This document shows, piece by piece, positions 46,232-48,098 of a stretch of 48,098 nucleotides of DNA. Every line of letters begins with the position of its first letter. The stretch's first letter is position 1. Below the pieces are notes generated by a model. That model was given only the letters and a program-made list of their open reading frames with translations, did no database searches and was not told the DNA's origin. The DNA lies in NCBI GenBank assembly GCA_964619625.1, contig CAZUFD010000001.1, positions 138,258 through 186,355 on the forward strand, given 5' to 3'. This DNA comes from an uncultured Gammaproteobacteria bacterium (GTDB taxonomy: Bacteria > Patescibacteriota > Patescibacteriia > Magasanikbacterales > GWA2-37-8). The position numbers were made by a program, and so were the translations under genes.

Positions 46232-48037
46232 ATGAACATCCGCAATGTCGCCATCATCGCCCACGTAGACCATGGCAAAACCACTTTAGTGGATGCTTTG
46301 TTGCGCCAATCCAAAACCAAGCTTTCCAAAGAACAAGATAGCCAGATTACCATTATGGACAGCAACGATTTGGAACGCGAACGCGGCATCACTATTTTTT
46401 CCAAAAATGCTTCCGTAGAATGGCATGATACAAAAATAAATATTATTGATACTCCCGGTCACGCCGATTTTGGCGGCGAAGTAGAGAGAGTTTTAAAACT
46501 AGCCGACGGCTGTTTGCTGCTGGTAGATGCCAAAGAAGGCCCGATGCCGCAAACTAGATTTGTGCTCAAAAAGGCTTTGCAAATGGGGCACAAAGTAATT
46601 GTAGTAATAAATAAAATTGACAAACCGGGCGCCAGACCAAATTGGGTGTTAGATAAAACTTTTGATTTATTTGTAGAGCTGGGCGCCAGCGACGAAGTAG
46701 CCGAATTTCCGGTTATTTATGCTTCAGCCAAAAATGGCAAGGCTGGCATGTCTCCAGATTTGGAATCAATGACTGATATTACTCCTGTTTTTGATACTGT
46801 TTTAAAATTTATTCCAGAACCAAAAACAGATGTAAACGCGCCCTTGCAAGTTTTGATTACCACTATTACCGGCGATAACTTTAAAGGCAGAATTGCGACT
46901 GGCAGAATTTATAATGGCACCATTAAAACCGGACAAGATGTGATGCACATAAACAGAGAAGGCGTTATGAAAAAATGCCGCGTCATGGCGCTGATGACTT
47001 TTGCCGGTTTGGAAAGAATAGAAGTAAAAGAAGCCTTTGCCGGAGATGTGGTAGCGATTGCCGGGATTGGGGACATAAATATTGGTGAAACTGTGGCTGA
47101 TGTTGTTAGTCCGGTTGCTTTGCCACTTCTGACAATAGAAGAACCGACTGTTAAAATGACTTTTAGCGTAAATAATTCCCCGTTTGCCGGCAAAGAAGGC
47201 GAGTTTACCACTTCCAGACAGATTCGTGATAGATTGTTTAAAGAATTAGAAACAGATATGGCCTTAAAGGTAGCCGATGGCACCGAAGGAAATTGGATTA
47301 TTTCCGGCCGCGGTGAATTGCATCTGGCTATTCTTATAGAACGTTTGCGCCGAGAAGGTTTTGAATTTCAAGTTTCCCGTCCGCAAGTTATTATCAAAGA
47401 AATTGACGGCCAAAAAATGACCCCTTATGAACAGGTGTTCATAGAAGTTCCCGAAGCTCACTCCGGAGCGGTTATTCAAAAATTGGGCAGCCGCCACGGC
47501 GAATTGCGCGAAATGCGCACCGAAAATGGCATAGTATTTTTAGAATTTATTATTCCAACCCGCGGGTTGTTTGGTTATCGTACCGAATTTTTAACCGACA
47601 CCAGAGGTTTGGGAATTATCAACACAATTTTTTATCAATATATGCCGGATCCGGCCAATTGGCGCGAACGCGATCAAGGGTCGCTCGTGGCTCATGAAAC
47701 CGGCACCAGTAATTTGTACGGTTTGCTTAATGTGCAAGATAGGGGAGTTATGTTTATTGGCCCCGGTGTGCAGGTTTACAAAGGCCAAGTGGTTGGACAA
47801 AACGCGCGCAGTGAAGATATTAGTGTAAATGTTTGTAAAGAAAAACAACTTTCCAATATGCGTTCCAAAGGCGATGGCGTGAGCGAGCATTTTAACGCGC
47901 CAAAGGTTATGGATTTGGAAGAAGCGATGGAATATATCGGCGACGATGAACTTGTAGAAATTACTCCAAAAAGTATTCGTATCAGAAAAGTAATCTTGGA
48001 CGAAAGCGAAGCTAAACGAAAAGCTAGGGGAATGTAA
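46232..48037 (+). CDS. typA: Translational GTPase TypA/BipA
   Basis: AHVDHGKTTL, DTPGHADFGGEVER, NKID, GRGELHL, EITPKSIRIRK. Confidence 0.97.
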   Translation: MNIRNVAIIAHVDHGKTTLVDALLRQSKTKLSKEQDSQITIMDSNDLERERGITIFSKNASVEWHDTKINIIDTPGHADFGGEVERVLKLADGCLLLVDAKEGPMPQTRFVLKKALQMGHKVIVVINKIDKPGARPNWVLDKTFDLFVELGASDEVAEFPVIYASAKNGKAGMSPDLESMTDITPVFDTVLKFIPEPKTDVNAPLQVLITTITGDNFKGRIATGRIYNGTIKTGQDVMHINREGVMKKCRVMALMTFAGLERIEVKEAFAGDVVAIAGIGDINIGETVADVVSPVALPLLTIEEPTVKMTFSVNNSPFAGKEGEFTTSRQIRDRLFKELETDMALKVADGTEGNWIISGRGELHLAILIERLRREGFEFQVSRPQVIIKEIDGQKMTPYEQVFIEVPEAHSGAVIQKLGSRHGELREMRTENGIVFLEFIIPTRGLFGYRTEFLTDTRGLGIINTIFYQYMPDPANWRERDQGSLVAHETGTSNLYGLLNVQDRGVMFIGPGVQVYKGQVVGQNARSEDISVNVCKEKQLSNMRSKGDGVSEHFNAPKVMDLEEAMEYIGDDELVEITPKSIRIRKVILDESEAKRKARGM

Positions 48038-48098
48038 TTTATAAATTGACCCGAGCTATAGTTTTTGTTACAATTTTTTAACAAGTGCGGCCCCATCG

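Overview
This is a 48 kb AT-rich bacterial chromosomal segment. Gene content and style suggest a Patescibacteria (CPR, Parcubacteria-like) organism (inference). Housekeeping genes include cspA, znuACB/zur, gatCA, lgt, pgsA, tsaE, pilT, a CCA-adding enzyme, dnaG-rpoD, murG, typA and four tRNAs. Accessory modules are a flavinylation-linked Nqr/Rnf-like redox operon, tandem permuted papain-like amidases, a double-domain LOG protein, a MacAB-like exporter and an ECF sigma/anti-sigma/S-layer-like locus. The most unusual signals are non-coding. (1) A dispersed family of at least six strand-specific hairpin inserts is built from tandem G.A pairs alternating with short Watson-Crick steps. Their outer stems copy the flanking host sequence, and they sit at tRNA ends and start codons. 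(2) A free-standing, highly structured ~350-nt RNA-like unit upstream of gatC has its own promoter and terminator and matches no RNA family I can recognise. (3) A triple 22-bp palindromic operator array lies next to an excisionase-like HTH gene. All structures were derived by eye; no database searches were run.
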